From Candidatus Sulfomarinibacteraceae bacterium (GTDB lineage: Bacteria; Acidobacteriota; Thermoanaerobaculia; Thermoanaerobaculales; Sulfomarinibacteraceae): DNA of 28,528 nucleotides. Positions 25,037 to 28,528 of this stretch are shown piece after piece; the first letter of the stretch is position 1, and each line of letters starts with the position of its first letter. The stretch is taken from positions 1 to 28,528 of the forward strand of contig CAWCLO010000009.1 in assembly GCA_963796455.1 (NCBI GenBank), given 5' to 3'. Both the position numbers and the translations under genes were made by a program. The notes under the pieces were generated by a model. The model saw nothing but the letters and a program-made list of their open reading frames with translations. It was not told where the DNA came from and searched no databases.

Positions 25037-25261
25037 GGGAGGGCCATTGCGTTATTGCGCAGCGAGCCTGATAGTTGACTAAGGTAAGTAAATGGTAATG
25101 AGAAGATATATCAATACAAGTCCTCGAAGAAGAAACAGCTGCCACCCGAGAAGGTGCCGACCCGTGGTCGACGCGTCAAATTCGACATCGATTGCAGACT
25201 GCCGCGAAAGGTGTCGGAGGGGTCTGAGGTTGATGGATCGGAGTTCGAAAAGGAGCCGCGC

Positions 25262-26170
25262 ATGAGAAATATCGATCGACGATCGTTTCTGAAGTACTGC
25301 ATCACCTCGGCTACGGTCCTGGGGCTCGACGCCTCGGTAGTGGCCAGGCTCGAGGCTGCGCTCGCCAAGAATGGCGAAGGGTTGCCGACGGTGATCTGGC
25401 TCGCCTGCGCGAACTGCACCGGGTGTACGGTATCGCTCGCCAACCTTATCGGTGGCGGCGCTCCGACCGACGTGGGCGACTTGCTGCTCAACACGATCGG
25501 GCTCGAGTACCACCCGAATCTCATGGGCGCCGCCGGCGATCTGGCGGTGTCGACCCTCAACAGCGCTGCAGCGGTGACTACGTCCTGGCGGTGGAGGGTG
25601 GGATTCCGACCGCCTTCGGGGGCAACACCTGCATGCTGTGGACCGATGCTGCCGGTCACGACGTGACCGCGATGGAGGCGGTGTCGTGGCTGGCCCCGAA
25701 CGCCCTGGCCGTCCTGTCTATCGGCACGTGCGCATCGTTCGGCGGAATCCCGAAGGGCGACCCGAATCCGACCGGGATCGTCAGCGTTGGTGATTTCACA
25801 GGTCTCCCGGTCATCAACATCCCGGGTTGTCCGACCCATCCCGACTGGATCGTGTGGACCGTCGCCCAGTTCCTCGCCGGCGCGCCGATCGAGCTCGATA
25901 CCCAGCGGCGGCCGCGGCAGTTCTTCTCGAAGAAGATCCACAAGAAGTGCCCGTACAAGGAACGTCAAGAGGCCCACACTTTCGGCCTGCACAACAGTGC
26001 CTCCAGGAACTCGGCTGCAAGGGCCAGGACACCAGGTCGGATTGTTATCAGCGCAAATGGAACGGCGGCACCAGCTGGTGCATGGAGGCGGGGTCGATCT
26101 GCATCGGGTGCACGGAGAACAGGTTCCCGGACGGGTTCTCGCCGTTCTACGAGAAGAAGAGGATGACTGA
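25262..26170 (+). CDS. [NiFe] hydrogenase small subunit, Tat-exported; apparent indels near 25565, 25990 and probably 26150
   Basis: Tat motif DRRSFLK; WLACANCTGC; VEGGIP; GTCASFGGIP; INIPGCPTHPDW; IHKKCP; CLQELGCKG..DC..WNGGTSWC..GSICIGCTE..FPD. Confidence 0.92.
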
Positions 26171-26240
26171 TGACCGTGTGAATCGCTCGGGGCATACCGG
26201 TGTGCGGTGCTGCGATCGAGCAACTGAGAGGGAGAACATA

Positions 26241-27671
26241 ATGGCGACAATCACAGTGATGGACCCGGTGACCAGGATCGAGGGCCACCTCAAGGTCGAG
26301 GTCACCATCGACAGAGTTGGTGGCGACGACCAGATCGTCGATGCCCGCTGCACGGGCACGCTTTTTCGGGGATTCGAGACGATTCTCGAGGGTCGGGCGC
26401 CGACCGATGCCCCGATCCTCACCCAGAGGATCTGCGGCGTGTGCCCGGTGTCGCACGGGATGGCCTCGGTCATGGCTCTCGAAGCGGCGGCCGGCTTCCA
26501 GCCTCCGGCGAACGCCCGCGTCCTCCGCAACCTGGTGCTCGGCGCGAACTTCCTGCAGTCGCACATCCTCCACTTCTATCTCTTTCGCTGGTGGACTTCG
26601 TCCAGGGCCCGCAGGCTCCGCCGTGGGCGCCGGCATGGAATATCGACCTCAGATCCGACTCGAGGCTCGACGACCACGTCGCCCACATGGTGATGTCGCT
26701 GGAGGCTCGCCGCCGGGCCCACGAGATGGGCGCCATCTTCGGCGGCCGGGTGCCGTCGCCGCACACCTTCCACGCCGGCGGCTTCACCGCCGTTCCGACC
26801 GCCAAACGGGTGCGCGACTTCCGCAACCAACTCGAGTACGTGAACACCTTTATCGAGCGGGTCTACCTGCCGGACGTCGAGGCCCTCGCGGAGGTCTACG
26901 ACGACTACCGGCAGATCGGCGCCGGCCACCGCAATCTGCTCGCCTACGGGGTCTTCGATCTCGACGCCCAGGGCCGACAAGCTCCTCGCTCCCGGCCGGG
27001 TGACCGTGGTTCGAGCAACGTGCAGCCGGTCGCGCCGGCAGGACATCACCGAAAGGGTGCTCAACTCGTGGTACGAAGACGCCACCGACGATCTCAACCC
27101 CTCCGGTGGGGAGACCACCCCGGTCTACCCCAAGACCAACGGCTACTCGTGGCTCAAGGCGCCGCGGTACCGCGACGAGCCCTTCGAGGCGGGGCCGCTG
27201 GCGCGGATGTGGGTCAACGGTGACTACCGGGATGGGATCTCGGTCATGGATCGCCACCTGGCGCGCGCCTACGAGGCCCTCAAGGTGGCCAAGGCGATGG
27301 GGGAGTGGCTCCACGAGCTCGACGCGGGTGCGCCGGTCATTCGCAACTACGGCGACCCGAGCAGTGGGACCGGCGTCGGACTGACCGAGGCGCCGCGCGG
27401 CGCCCTCGGCCACTGGGCGAGCATCGACAACGGCGCTGCTGATCCACTACCAGGTGATCACGCCGACCTGCTGGAACGCCTCGCCCAACGACGGCGTCAG
27501 CTTTTCCGGGCCGATGGAGCAGGCGCTGATCGGCACCCCGGTCATCGACCCGGACCGGCCGGTCGAGGCGCTGCGCGTGATCCACTCCTTCGACCCGTGC
27601 CTGTCGTGTGCGGTCCACGTCATGCGGCCGTCCGGAAAGCCACCGTGATTCGCACCGGCATGGCGAAGTAA
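26241..27671 (+). CDS. [NiFe] hydrogenase large subunit, group-1a-like; apparent indels near 26585, 26990 and 27435; ends at 27648 or 27671
   Basis: DPVTRIEGHL, FRGFE, L1 QRICGVCPVSH, HILHFY, YSWLKAPRY, EAPRGALGHW, PTCWNASP, L2 HSFDPCLSCAVH. Confidence 0.93.
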
Positions 27672-27682
27672 GAGGCAATCCG

Positions 27683-28125
27683 ATGAAGAAACTGATCCTT
27701 GGTCTCGGCAATCTTTTGCTGGCCGACGAAGGCGTCGGAGTGCATGTGGCGCAGCACTACTGGCCGGTGAGAGCATCGACGACCTGGTTGTCCTGGATGT
27801 CGGCAACGCGCTCCTCGACGCGATGCCGGCGATCGCCGCGGCCGACAGAGTGATCGTGGTGGATGCCATGAAGGGCGGCGGAACACCCGGCACCGTCTAC
27901 CGGGTGGCGATCGACGACTGCGACAATTCCGGTCCCATCGGGTCGGTGCACGGGTTCGACCTGAAGTCGGTGCTGCACTTGGTGGGTCGCGCGGAGCCGC
28001 CGGAGGTTGTCGTCATCGGCATCGAGCCCGAGGCTATCGGTTGGTCGATGGAGCTCTCCGCAGCGGTGGTCGGAAAGGCTCTGCCGGATGTGATCACCGC
28101 GGTGCAGGGGGAGCTGCTGTCATGA
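27683..28125 (+). CDS. Hydrogenase maturation protease (HyaD/HybD family); apparent indel near 27750-27780
   Basis: LILGLGNLLLADEGVGVHV; then VIVVDAMKGGGTPGTVY, SVHGFDL, VVIGIEP..ELSAAV. Confidence 0.9.
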
Positions 28126-28181
28126 CTATCAGAACAACCCAAATCCCACCCGCCCTTCGTTCGAAGGAGAAGGGACGTGCC

Positions 28182-28528
28182 ATGAGCACACTCAGCAGTT
28201 TTCAATCTGCCGGGGCGCCGGCGCGGGTGTGCGGCCATTCGGTTGCTGTTCGTGGGGCTGTGTCACGTCTGCCGAACGGCCCACTGGAAACCCGACCACC
28301 GCCCCGGAGGCTGGCAGCAGGAAAGGCTGTTGCGGTCGAGGTCGTCGACCTCGATCTTCGATCGCTGCCGCACGTCGCCGTCGCAGAGGTCGCCAAGTCT
28401 TCCATCGAGCCGCGACCGCAAGGCGATGGCGCCGCCGTCAAGGCCGGGGACGAACCGCACGATTTTCCGTATCCGCTCGTCGCCGACCAGCAGCGCGCCG
28501 CAACGAAGGCGGTGAGCGGCCTCACGGT
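28182..28528 (+). CDS. Partial hypothetical protein running off the window
   Basis: AAGGAG/GGGA upstream of ATG 28182; the frame stays open to the window end; no recognisable domain. Confidence 0.45.
   Translation, partial: MSTLSSFQSAGAPARVCGHSVAVRGAVSRLPNGPLETRPPPRRLAAGKAVAVEVVDLDLRSLPHVAVAEVAKSSIEPRPQGDGAAVKAGDEPHDFPYPLVADQQRAATKAVSGLT

Noticed and set aside
21133..25118. Shared words GTTGACTA and ATCAATACA upstream of the GAF operon (21133, 21174) and the hydrogenase operon (25074, 25110)
   Set aside because: Spacing differs (41 vs 36 nt) and TTGAC is a generic -35 element; too weak to call a shared operator.
25827..26693. Small-large hydrogenase subunit fusion ORF
   Set aside because: There is a separate RBS and ATG at 26241 and a nearby stop at 26168-26170 in another frame; the read-through is best explained by an indel in an error-rich region.
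27586..27618. Selenocysteine in the hydrogenase L2 motif
   Set aside because: The codon is TGC (DPCLSC), not TGA.

Overview
GC-rich bacterial chromosomal window, most likely from an uncultured anaerobe. The assembly looks imperfectly polished: several clearly conserved genes carry single-base indels, clustered at both ends of the window. Gene content in order: cheA 5' end; a dCache-HAMP MCP; a four-helix-bundle gene; a Yip1/MFP/ATPase/permease (YknWXYZ/MacAB-like) ABC exporter; a secreted phospholipase D and a coupled secreted protein; fxsA; an acidic protein with a degenerate Swt1-like HEPN domain; two coupled citrate-synthase-family genes; two tandem penicillin-acylase-family paralogs; an FmdB zinc-ribbon gene; ArsR; HIT; tRNA-Leu(CAA) followed by a 110-bp tandem array; a GAF-GAF protein; an Rv2004c-like kinase/AAA protein; a SAM methyltransferase; and a Tat-exported group-1a-like [NiFe] hydrogenase operon. 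The most interesting signals are: (1) the citrate synthase pair shows complementary loss of active-site residues, suggesting a heteromeric enzyme/pseudoenzyme; (2) the FmdB gene has an in-frame UGA followed by a SECIS-like hairpin, making it a candidate selenoprotein; (3) 7-bp tandem repeat arrays mark operon boundaries, often as inverted pairs, and one pair encloses the four-helix-bundle gene; (4) a REP/BIME-like 110-bp array follows tRNA-Leu. All family assignments come from motif recognition by eye; no database searches were run.
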